DNA of 62,964 nucleotides, filler included, from Pelomyxa schiedti (lineage: Eukaryota; Protista; Evosea): the NCBI GenBank assembly GCA_020536535.1. It is 10 parts of 10 records of this genome, joined end to end, with 100 filler letters (N's around TTAATTAATTAA, not from the genome) between each part and the next. Parts side by side here need not be neighbours in the genome. Positions count along the whole stretch, not along the records: positions 39,394 to 50,529 come from JAHLWZ010001247.1; positions 50,630 to 53,753 come from JAHLWZ010001824.1; positions 53,854 to 54,969 come from JAHLWZ010002804.1; positions 55,070 to 58,805 come from JAHLWZ010001694.1; positions 58,906 to 62,964 come from JAHLWZ010000203.1; 5 more parts are not named here. One strand, written 5' to 3'. The notes under the pieces were generated by a model. The model worked only from the letters and a program-made list of their open reading frames with translations. It did not search any database and was not told the origin of the DNA. Below, piece after piece: positions 49,073 to 59,922 of this stretch (positions are counted from its first letter, which is position 1; each line of letters starts with the position of its first letter). The position numbers and the translations under genes are program-made.

Positions 49073-50936
49073 GTGCTGAGCCAGCATTTGATGATAATTT
49101 TCCCTTGCTGAATGCCTCTAGGCTGTCATGATCAATCTTTGCTGGAACTTCCCTATAATTTCTCCAAAACAAAAAACGCGTTTCAGAGTGGTCTGCTGAC
49201 GTGACAGTGACCCTGCACATGATATTTCGCAGTGGATTTTCAGTTGACAATAGGTTTTTTCTTTCGGCTCTTTGTCTTTCTCTAGTTTCTTTGCCTAACA
49301 TCACTCTGGCCATTTTTGTCTCCAAAGTAAATCTCATGGTCAATAGCGACTGACATGAGCTATTTGTTGGGCAGAGCTATCCATGTGATCGTCTGCTTCA
49401 CAACGCTCAGTCCTGTGATGAGCTGAGCCAATCTTCCCACCTTTTATGGAGTTGGGTTCCAACTGGGCTCCAGGTTACAACTTGGTGAGGAACTCCCACA
49501 ACTTCAAATAAAGGATATTTCTTCTGTTAAATGGAGGCAGCAAAATCACAAGTTAACTTGTGCACACCAAGTTTCACAATGACACCTGCGGTATCTACAA
49601 ATACTGCGCTAGGACTCAAATGATAGACACTAGATACTCACAGTGCCGATGCAAAGGGTTCTTGTGTATGGTGCATACCGCAAGTGCCAAGACCCACATT
49701 TTTTTCCTTTCTTTTTTCTTCTTCACCATAATTCCGACTGGCCAGGATTTTATGCCTTTAATTGGGGACCTAGGATTGGCACTTGCTGGAGAGGTGCGAT
49801 ACAAACCACCAGGTCATCAGTGCGCCTTGTGCCTCTTCTTTTCAAAGTGTGGTGAGACAAGCATTCACGTTCTTGCACTCTATGCTGCACTTAGTGCGTT
49901 CTCTTCCATGTGAAGAGAAAGAACGGGAGTGGGTCAGAACACACTGGACGTGCTGAATTTTGTTTTTGACAAGGTTGGAACTCAGGGGCTACTCACCAAT
50001 GGATCTGTCCTTAAATTTTTAAGGGGAAAATCAACCTTGTTGAATGCACTGGATGGATGAACTACTTATGCCAATCGATATTTGCCATATAGACTGAAAC
50101 CTCATCCCAAGATGGGAGGCAATAACCGATTTCTCTTTTTCTCCAATTAGAGTTGTAGCAGCTGGATGCTTTATGTATGTGCTCGATTAAATCGGCATGT
50201 GAATCCAGCTGTACAATCAGGCAATAAATAACTGTGCCTCCTCAGAAAGCTAGGATAAAATATGTTTCTTCCAATAATATCATAATGGAGAGTTGCATCT
50301 GCATTGAAGTTTTGTGAAGTGAGCTAAAAGTAAGATGAAGAAGCCATTTCTGGATCACAATTTGATTCAAACCGAGTTCAGATATAGAATGGCTGAAATG
50401 CAGTGTTGCTTGGCGCACAGTGGCTTCCTTGCTGGCATTTTCATTTACATTCTGAGCTGATGCTGAATCTGCATATCTAGCATTCCTGTACTCCCGGAAT
50501 ACTTGCTGGATGTTGTATGCATGCTTCCCNNNNNNNNNNNNNNNNNNNNNNNNNNNNNNNNNNNNNNNNNNNNTTAATTAATTAANNNNNNNNNNNNNNN
50601 NNNNNNNNNNNNNNNNNNNNNNNNNNNNNGTGCTTGTGCAGCTATGTTTGCCTTGGTGCATATGAGGGATTCCCTGCAAAATGCAAGAACGGGTGCAAGC
50701 TGTGGTGCTCCAGGCAGTGTGACTGCCCTGTTTGCCCTGACTGCACTGACACTTTCAAATGTGAGTATGCATAGGGTTGCCCAAATCTTTGCCGGCATAA
50801 TCTTTCATCTTGCGAAACATAATCTGCTTCTTCGAAGAAATCAAAGTCATCACTCACTGAGAATACAATAAACACCCGGAGCGTCGTTCCGTGCCAGCTG
50901 CATGACTGGGACTCACACAAAGTCATCACTTTCACA

Positions 50937-52154
50937 ATGAACCGACCCGCGACGATTCGTCCAGTGATCGACGCACGATCACAGTTTGTTGGTGGTTTTG
51001 GGTGCTCGGTGTTGAGCAGGTGCGGGAGAGGGAGCCCAGCGAGTCTGCTGTCCCACAATCGCGCGCTGTGCGAGCAGTTCGGCCGCGACTGGGTCGTCGG
51101 TTGCTCCAGGTGGATCGGAACCACGGTCGTACTTCCACTTGTGGGAGGTGATACTGAGGTGCCGAACGGGAAGAAAACAGTCAATTTTCACGTGTTCATT
51201 GGCTTGAGTGCAACACTTGGGGTTGTGTCATGCAAGTGTCTTGGAGAGTTGCAGTTCACACTGAAAAGTGACGGTAGGTTTGGCTATGTTCAGGAGTGTG
51301 TGGGTGATGACAGGTTTGTGGAAGGATCCCTCATGGGGCACTCATGCATAGTAAACAGCGAGGGGGAGGTGGTGGCAGAACTGGAAGGGGAGACTCAGTT
51401 CGACTTGTTTGGGTTCTGGGTCAGGAACAAGAAGTGGCTTGTGAGGGTTGAGCCTCATGCAATAGTGAAGAAGTTGATTGTGTGGAGGGTGGACAGCAAT
51501 GGTGTGCCTGTGTCCCCCTGCGGTGTTGGCGTGAGGTGCACTGTGCCACTGTGTGGCAGTGCTGTGAGGATATCTCCATTTGATCCTTGTGGTGATGTGA
51601 TTGTATTCGTTGGGCAGCAGCCAGTTGAGGGTCATCAGCCTTTGCCAACAATCTCATTTGTTGACCTTGAGAAGAGTATTGAAGCTTGTGTCACGGTGGT
51701 GGTTTCCAAGAGCGAGTTTCTCTCAGACTCGAGTCCTTGTGACCTGATTTGGGCATCCCCCAGCACAATCCTCATTCTGTGCAGAAGTTACCTGGCTGGT
51801 GGCTTCAGAGTTATCAACACAGTTACCGGTCAGGCCCGTTTATTCTCTTCCAGTATGTACTCCACAATTTCCACGGTCTGGCCTTCACACATCACTGCCT
51901 TGCGTAAGTGTGGTACCTCCAGGCCCTCGGCAGTGTGTGAGGTCTATTGTGCATCATCAGCATCATCGTACTTGAGTCAGCCCTCATGCTGTTATGATAC
52001 CGACCTGAATGGCCAACAGATCTACTCTACGTGTAGGTCCATCTGCTGTATTTCCCAGATGCCAACCTCGTCGTCGTCACTGAGGGAAGTTTCCATTTGT
52101 GATCCCATAACAGGGAAGTCGCTTGCAGTGCTTACGTACAACCACCAGGTATAG
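50937..52154 (+). CDS. Expanded-family protein (IDARSQFVG...RCGRGSPA module plus beta-rich body), intronless
   Basis: 405-aa ORF with LSATLGVV, RNKKWLV, FVDLEKS and DPITGKSLAVLTY. Confidence 0.78.
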   Translation: MNRPATIRPVIDARSQFVGGFGCSVLSRCGRGSPASLLSHNRALCEQFGRDWVVGCSRWIGTTVVLPLVGGDTEVPNGKKTVNFHVFIGLSATLGVVSCKCLGELQFTLKSDGRFGYVQECVGDDRFVEGSLMGHSCIVNSEGEVVAELEGETQFDLFGFWVRNKKWLVRVEPHAIVKKLIVWRVDSNGVPVSPCGVGVRCTVPLCGSAVRISPFDPCGDVIVFVGQQPVEGHQPLPTISFVDLEKSIEACVTVVVSKSEFLSDSSPCDLIWASPSTILILCRSYLAGGFRVINTVTGQARLFSSSMYSTISTVWPSHITALRKCGTSRPSAVCEVYCASSASSYLSQPSCCYDTDLNGQQIYSTCRSICCISQMPTSSSSLREVSICDPITGKSLAVLTYNHQV

Positions 52155-52418
52155 TTGTTGGTCCCAACCTCTGTTTTCAAAGGAGGAGATCTGCCCAGTA
52201 TCTACTACCTCTGGCATCCCTCCGCCGTGCACACCACGAGGCAAGTCCTGACTGAGAAATGAGGGGAACGAAGGATTATGATCGAAGTCAATTCATCCTT
52301 TGCAAACACCCTTGGGTCTTTAACGTTTGGTTCGTTAACCCTGGGATCTTCAGTGAGATCGACTTTCTGTGTTACGAGAAACAGGAAAAAGAAAAGGCTT
52401 TGGGGAGGCAGGGAACTG

Positions 52419-53753
52419 ATGTCATCGTCGTCGGCGTACGTTGAGGTTGAGACGTGGGGGGGCATGGAGGGGATTACTGTCACTTTTGCATTCCTCTCTT
52501 TGTTGGCCTGCTCTTTCGTGTTCTCTTCGCTGTTGATTTCTGGGGTACGTTCATCATTGTGGGATTAACGTTACGTTTTAATTTGTTGTATTTATTATTA
52601 TTACTATTATTAGTAGTAGTATATGAGCCACTATTTACGGGAAGTTTTTCGTTTCAGGACTATATTATTATCCCATATTTTGGAGTATTGTGCTTGAGTG
52701 TCAGTGATTTCATCCAGGGCTTATCTGTGGTATGACTTCAAGGTAAAGCACAATAACACTTATCCATGAAAAAGCTTGTTGCCCAATTTGAAACGAATAA
52801 CAAAGGTGCATGCGAGGCTGCAGGTTCGCTCTTCTATTACAATCACATAGCGTCCAATTACCGGTTTTTTTTTCACTCTAGGGTTTCTTGGGCAAACTTC
52901 TGATGTAGCCGGCAATGCGTTGGTGTTGTACATTGCAATTACCCTCTTTCTCCATTTGCGCAAGCAGTTCAAAAAAAGTGGCACACCTGATGCCGACTCA
53001 TTGACAATCAAATGGTACCACCTTGTGGCAGTTGCTTGCATCTGGTATTTTCCTCTCCGCTTACAAAGTCTCTACTTAGTAATTCCTCTGTTCCCCACCT
53101 TGTAATTTTTACAAGAGGATTGTTGCAATTGGATCTGCCATTGTGCCTTTGACTGAGTGGCTTGGCGTTCACTACGGCAAGGGACCAATAGGAACCTGCT
53201 GGTAAGCAAAATAGATAGGGAATAGCTGAACTAACGCCCTTCTCCTTCAAGGATAGGTGCTGATCCGTTGATGGCCCGCTTTGTATTTTCCTCTCACTGT
53301 GGTTATTATCGGTAACTTTTCGCAGGTGTTATTTTATATTGGATTCTGGATTCTTTTTGTCATAACAGCAACAATGTATACTGTAATATTTTCTTTGGTT
53401 CCCGTGCTACCTGAAGGTGATTCTCCGGTATGTATTTCTATGGATGTTTTTTGCATTCACACAATTGCAGGGTCAGAGAGTTCAGCCGCGTCAATTCCTG
53501 TTCGCTCTGTCCATGATCATTATTTGGGTGCCTTGCACAATAAACCGGGTTTGTGAAAGTGCGGGGCACCCAGTCCGCGGACTTGAATACATGCAAGCCA
53601 TTGTTCTTCCCCTATGGGGGTATGTGCAATTTTCCCTAAATCAACATTCTCAGTCTCCACAAGGTTTGTAGATAGTACCATCTATTTCTTCTCCAAGTTC
53701 CGGCTTGCCCACGTTTCTGAAATATTGTCAATTGGAACAGCGGAGGAGTCCAT
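52419..53753 (+). CDS. cAMP-receptor-like (Crl/GCR1-type) 7TM GPCR, 3' truncated
   Basis: Spliced TM series LSLLACSFVFSS, CLSVSDFI, C..GFLGQ...YIAITLF, KWYH..CIW, YG..GTCWI, FYIGFW, IIWVPCTINRV and LPLWGFVDSTIYF. Confidence 0.85.
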
Positions 53754-53853
53754 NNNNNNNNNNNNNNNNNNNNNNNNNNNNNNNNNNNNNNNNNNNNTTA
53801 ATTAATTAANNNNNNNNNNNNNNNNNNNNNNNNNNNNNNNNNNNNNNNNNNNN

Positions 53854-54026
53854 ACGTAGTCGTTGGAGCCAAACGCTGCGAGGACCGCAAAGCCGAGAGC
53901 GCGAAGTTGATCATCGCAACCCAAATTGTGGGTTTCATCTGTTGGTGTCGCCGGGTCGCCTCCGATAATTAAGCTCCCCTCTGCGTTGTCCCGTTGCCCC
54001 CGCTCGGCGTCTCTCTGTTTCATCAT
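53854..54026 (-). CDS. Possible 5' fragment of an expanded-family gene
   Basis: CDDQLRALGFAVLAA loosely resembles the family's QFVAL motif; cut by a linker. Confidence 0.35.
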
Positions 54027-54431
54027 TTTATCATTCTGGGAAAAATCTTTGCGTCAAGTCACTTATGGTGACGAGAGAGAAATGGCATCACTTTGTTCGG
54101 CAGCCTCAAACTCTCAACTGGATCCATTTCTCAGACTCCAGACAAGCCACTCCATGTTCTGCAGCAATTTTTAGCAGCCTCGAGCTTTCCTGTGGGTCCT
54201 TGATGACTCCCTCTCCATTCTTGTTGCAGTCCGACAGATTTTTACATGAACCTCGTCGCCAGGTCATGGGAAACTGATTATGGTTTGTATTAGTAACTGA
54301 CGTTGTGGCCGTCGTAGTTGTTGGCGCGACAACCGTTTCGTATGTGCCAGTTGCATTTTATCAGAAGAACTGTTCAACAGCAGAGTGGGACAAACAATCA
54401 CCATGGAAAAAAACCAAGTGCTCTTTAACAA

Positions 54432-54969
54432 TCAGGACAGCTCCAATGCCAGGTCAAACTCATCTGGATCAGAAAGCTGCCTCGGCCTTCCAGGGGCATT
54501 GTATGTGATGGCTGCCAGAAGGGTGTCGGTCTCAGCATCAGTTACAGGATACCTCACTGATGTCCTCTTGAGGCGTTCTCGTTCTGTGGGTGGGCCGCAC
54601 TCCCACACCAAAATGCCACACTCCAGGACCATAGTAATCCACATCGTGGATCCATCTGTGCTGCCTGGAACTTGCTTGTGCCTGTAACCACGGGCACATG
54701 GTGTAGTGAGGTCACTGGTGTGGAACATACTGTAATGGACGGTTGGCGAGGCAACTGAGAGGAGGTTGCTGCCAAGGGGCTCCACGAACCCATCAATGGT
54801 GTGGGTCTGGTTGGTGACGGTGTTGTGGAGTAAGTGCACTCGGTTGGGGGATCCCTGTTGTGGGACACACACGCAAATTGGATCGCCACCAAACACTGTG
54901 GTGTGTTCATTCCGGGGCAATGGCAGAGTCACAGGCCCCCTCTGGAGCACAAGTGACCTCTGTGTGAAT
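54432..54969 (-). CDS. Expanded-family protein, 3' fragment
   Basis: HNTVTNQ...VTDAETDTLLAAITYN parallels INTVTGQ...CDPITGKSLAVLTYN of the 50937 gene. Confidence 0.65.
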
Positions 54970-55069
54970 NNNNNNNNNNNNNNNNNNNNNNNNNNNNNNN
55001 NNNNNNNNNNNNNTTAATTAATTAANNNNNNNNNNNNNNNNNNNNNNNNNNNNNNNNNNNNNNNNNNNN

Positions 55070-55187
55070 TATCCTTTGAACACGTGCAACCCAAGCACGA
55101 GAATAAGCAAGAGAACCTTTACACTCTCACTCTCTTTCGTTCTTTTCCCTCTGTGGGGCTTTATTCTCTTCCCACAGAAGCTAACAA
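55070..55187 (+). repeat. Dispersed repeat, copy 3 (3' end only, more diverged)
   Basis: caagagaacc...cactctcactc...ctctgtggg...cccacagaagctaacaa, as at 11150-11258. Confidence 0.8.
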
Positions 55188-57060
55188 ATTGGTGGAGGAT
55201 GTGTTTTGATTTTCGTGTCTCTTCACTCGAGTTGTGACGTGCTGTTATCGTAGAACGCAAATACCTCAACTCAGCACTCATTCTTGTCGGGAACCAATAC
55301 CTACAATCCTACTACCATCACGGCGTTTCACGATCGTAACAATTTACATGAAACCGATGAGGATTAGATCCGATTCCCCACTGCACATGAGCATTTCCAG
55401 CATGCAACCATTCTCATTTTCGATATCATTACGACACTTCAAACTGAGCTCGTAAGACTCTCACCTGATCCCAGCACACAAGATACCTGAGCTGGCTCCA
55501 AGCCGCCTGAATTGTCTCTGACACCCACACACTACACACTGATCAACAACAACAACTCAGATCGTATACGACGATACTGAGGCAAAGCTGGTGCAACTCT
55601 TTCTCACACACGGCCACGAACGCGCTTTCCAAAAGAAATCCTGCATGTAATACGTGACCAAGGTCATGACACTGTTGCCTGGATGCTACAACCACTACAT
55701 AGGCACCGAGGCATCGCATCACCACACCATCAAATATTTTTTGATCGATGGAAAAGAAATCATGTTCAACGAAACATCAAGCGCGAGTCTTCATGATGGC
55801 GATACGATACGGGGCAGCAAAGGCAGAGAGGCATGCCGGAAACCAGCAGAAATCATCCAAGAACGGCGCTAATTCCGCAATGAGTACGGAAGATAGTCCG
55901 AAGCATCGAGATAGCAAGCCGGCAAGTGAAATATCATGGTGGAAGTGAGATAGCATCATGGTGGAAGAGCAAGCAAGTGTGTTATGGTCGACTGGAGGGC
56001 TAGATGCTTGTGAGGATGGGGCACAGTGTATTGGGAGTCATACCACGATTGTGGAGGCAGAATACACACAAGAATTCGCCAAGCAGCATAAAACTCTGTG
56101 TAGAATTAGCCATTTATTCTGTAAATTATTTACACACTACTAAAACTGCAATCCAAACCATAATGGCTTCAAATATTCGCGTTAATCTGCTTGAAAGTAA
56201 TTCATTCACTATTGTGCTTCACTTTTTACCAAGCAGATATCTTGTTGTGAGTTGAACTCACAGTTGCCGCCCTGTTATTGCCCATGAGAAATGACGGCAT
56301 TTCTTATGCCTTGGGTGGATCATGGGGCATACAGGAGCGAGGTGTGTCCCTGTGGCAGAACCCAGCCTTGCACTTTTGCTGGACTGTCATGCTCTTACTT
56401 ATTCTCATTGAGACCTCACACATCTTTGCCCTGCAAGACATAAATACTTCCAAAAAATGGAGAAGTGCGCACATATCCTTGCAGAGGACCCAGCAGCTCC
56501 CCCATGTCATATCATAAATTCGGGCAAAAAAGTATGGGAGTTCATGAATGCTGGACATACATATTGCTTCCTAGGTCACCCTGTCATCTGTGGGGACACA
56601 GTAAACAGGGAGAAAACGAAAGGTCACCCAACCAAATGAAATAGTTGCCCACGAGCACAATAAACCCAAAGTAATCAAAAGCAAGCCTTCAGAGTGTTCT
56701 TTTCAAAGTGAGGAAGGCTAAGTAGCCCCCATGTTAATGTATTTGAGGTGCCATCATAGGACGATGAGCTAACGGAGGAGGTAGAACGTGTGCTCGACAC
56801 ACTTGGTGCAGGCCAAGTCCTCCTCCACGCATCTTGTGTTGCACACGCATTCTACCCCCTCTGTTAGCCCGTCGTCCTCCGCGACGTCATCATCTCCTTC
56901 AGCCACCTCATTAAACTGTTGCATGAGTGACAAGTTGGCTGCATCGCACGTTGTAACCTCAACTGTACAGTCCCCTTCCTTGTGGGTGGTTGGTGTGGCC
57001 CTACTCGGTGCGGGTGTTCCCACTGTGGTTCTTGGGTGTAATAGGCATAACAGGGATCGA

Positions 57061-57305
57061 TTAAAGCACTCCACCACGTGTAAGACAAGCCCTTGTAGGT
57101 GTCCAAAGCGAAAGTCGTCAAGCGAACAGTGTGTGTGGTGATGTCACTGCGACTGCTGATAGAACTATAGCCGATCTGGTCTGGTTTGGGTGAGTGTGAT
57201 TTAGGTCTGCTGGATGTGGTGAAATGGCCTACAGTAAAACACTCCAATGGCTGAATAAAATAATCCCCTACAAGGGCTTGTCTTACACGTGGTGGAGTGC
57301 TTTAA
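57061..57305. mobile_element. MITE-like element with perfect terminal inverted repeats flanked by TTAA
   Basis: 57060-57099 (attaaagcactccaccacgtgtaagacaagcccttgtagg) is the exact reverse complement of 57267-57306, with a 167-bp spacer and no recognisable coding content. Confidence 0.75.
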
Positions 57306-57306
57306 T

Positions 57307-57711
57307 TTGTTAGCTTCTGTGGGCTTGAGAAGAAGTCCCACAGAGGAAGAAAACGGGTGAGAGTGAAGAGAATAAAGGGTTCTCTTGTTTGTTTGGTTGT
57401 TGTTGTTAAAGGGATAAAGAGGGAGTGTGTAAAATCTCGCAGAGTGGTTGTGCGATTGGGTTAAAAGGCTGCAATGTTCAAATGGATTCTCAGACGAGTG
57501 TGCATGTAATCAAAACCGCCTGCCACGTTGTTGTTGCTGTATTTGTGCGCCCAGCTGCGCTGTGCGCTGATCATTACCTTCGCTGTCTCATTCTGGTAAT
57601 AGTCCAGATTTGGCTCAGTCCTCAGTCTCTCCAATCCTCCCACTAAAGTGTGCCAGGACTTCAGAGCCTCGCAAGCAAGGCCAAGTTTGTGTACTTTGTG
57701 GAAGTACACAA
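57307..57711 (-). repeat. Dispersed repeat, copy 2 (inverted)
   Basis: Reverse complement matches 10869-11258, including the peptide LERLRTEPNLDYYQNETAKVMIS. Confidence 0.9.
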
Positions 57712-57784
57712 ATTGATCCCTGTTAGGCCTATTACACCCAAGGCACAAGCGAAACATACGACGGTTGTGGTGAGTTCCACAACA

Positions 57785-57965
57785 GCAAGCGGGAATGGGT
57801 GGGGTGTGCAACACTGGGCACAGGGAAACAGGTTCGAGGGTCTGTGGAGAGATGAGCAGTACCACGTGGTACGACACAACCAGTGACACGGCGTCATATG
57901 CCACAAAGTGGGTGTGGAATGTAACGACAACGCTATGAGATGCAGGGATGGGGGTGTGCAAAGGA
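57785..57965 (+). pseudogene. Degenerate MORN-gene fragment
   Basis: GWGVQHWAQGNRFEGLWRD and gtgggtgtggaa...cagggatgggggtgtgcaaagg parallel 58530-58710. Confidence 0.7.
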
Positions 57966-58235
57966 GCACCACCACCAGCAACAACACAGGAACTGGCAAC
58001 CCGTTCACTTGTTCTCTTGCTCTCTGAAAATTTGGAAATGATGAACTTAGCCTTGTGACCACATTGAAGTATCTTCAAACATGTGGACTGCAGTGGTGAT
58101 TGATCCCAGGCCAGGTGGTCTGGACTGAGAAGGTGAGGCAGAGATCATGAATGAGTATTCTTGTTGTTGTTGTCATCATCGTTGTTGTTGTTGTTGCCGC
58201 AATGCTTGACGTTGGTTGCCCAAACGTTGTTAGTG

Positions 58236-58805
58236 ATGGTGTTTCTTGTTGCATCATCAATCCATTTCATCATCACCGTAATGGCAGCTGCAACCAACAA
58301 ACGAGTGGGTGCTGCGACCATGGTTGTCGACGACACCTCAGCGGTGCGTGGTGGCACGACATACACTGGTCGGGTGGTCGGTGGCAAACCTGAAGGCAGG
58401 GGCACCCTAAAATGGCCAGACGGCGACACATACGACGGTGTGTGGCTCAACGGAGACAGGACGGGCCGAGGGGTGTACAAGTGGCACGATGGCAGCACCT
58501 ACGAGGGAGAGTGGCTCGACTACAAGATGGATGGGTGGGGTGTGGCCCACTTGGCCGATGGCCCGTGGTTTGAGGGGCTGTGGAGGGATGACCACCTGAA
58601 AAGGGGAACGTGGCACGACAGCAATGGTGTGGATGTGTGGGATGGTGAGTGGGTGTGGAACGCAACCGCAAACTGTCCTGAGACGCAGGGGTGGGGTGTG
58701 CAAAGGAGGGCAGTCAAGGGGGGGGGCCACAGGAGCAATGGTCACGGTGTATGAGGGTGAGTGGGACAGGGGCAAGTGGCACGGTGTGGGAACGTGGAAG
58801 TCACC
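58236..58805 (+). CDS. MORN-repeat protein, truncated; apparent frameshift in a G homopolymer
   Basis: YDGVWLNGDRTGRGVYKWHDGSTYEGEWLDYKMDGWG. The frame changes at the G-run near 58718-58726 and continues as VYEGEWDRGKWHGVGTW. Confidence 0.85.
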
Positions 58806-58905
58806 NNNNNNNNNNNNNNNNNNNNNNNNNNNNNNNNNNNNNNNNNNNNTTAATTAATTAANNNNNNNNNNNNNNNNNNNNNNNNNNNNNNNNNNNNNNN
58901 NNNNN

Positions 58906-59554
<649 letters not shown>

Positions 59555-59922
59555 TTATTTTTCGTCCGCGACAACGTGTGCGCCCCGTTTCCTGTTGCTG
59601 ATTTAAACGTGGTCATCTTCGGGGAAACGCCAGAAGAGCAACTAGCCAGGACCCAGTTCCCTCCTGTTTCTTCCAAAAATCCTAGGCCACTACAACTTCC
59701 CCGGCGTAGCGAGGTATTGGTGTCAGAATTCGCGTAGCCGAGCATTCCGGCCGGGCCTTAGTGGAAATCAGACCCCATCACAAACAGACACGGCCGCCCG
59801 GCGCGGTGTCTTTATAAACAATGGGGCGCGCCCTCCTCCCTCCTTTGTTTTTATCCTCAAACAATACCGCCTCTTCCTCTCCTCACTGACTCACCGTGTT
59901 GTCTTGCTTCGATTGTACCTCG

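Noticed and set aside
46079-50530. Stop-codon readthrough or alternative genetic code
   Set aside because: The interruptions include different stop codons plus frameshifts, and intact genes end normally in TAA, TGA or TAG. Decay is the simpler explanation.
58715-58730. Programmed frameshift in the MORN gene
   Set aside because: It falls in a G homopolymer near a contig end, so a sequencing error or slippage mutation is more likely.
12963-58861. Recurrent TTAATTAATTAA palindrome
   Set aside because: Always embedded in N runs, so it is a synthetic six-frame-stop linker. Gene neighbourhoods across linkers (e.g. GPCR with cyclases) are therefore not evidence of clustering.
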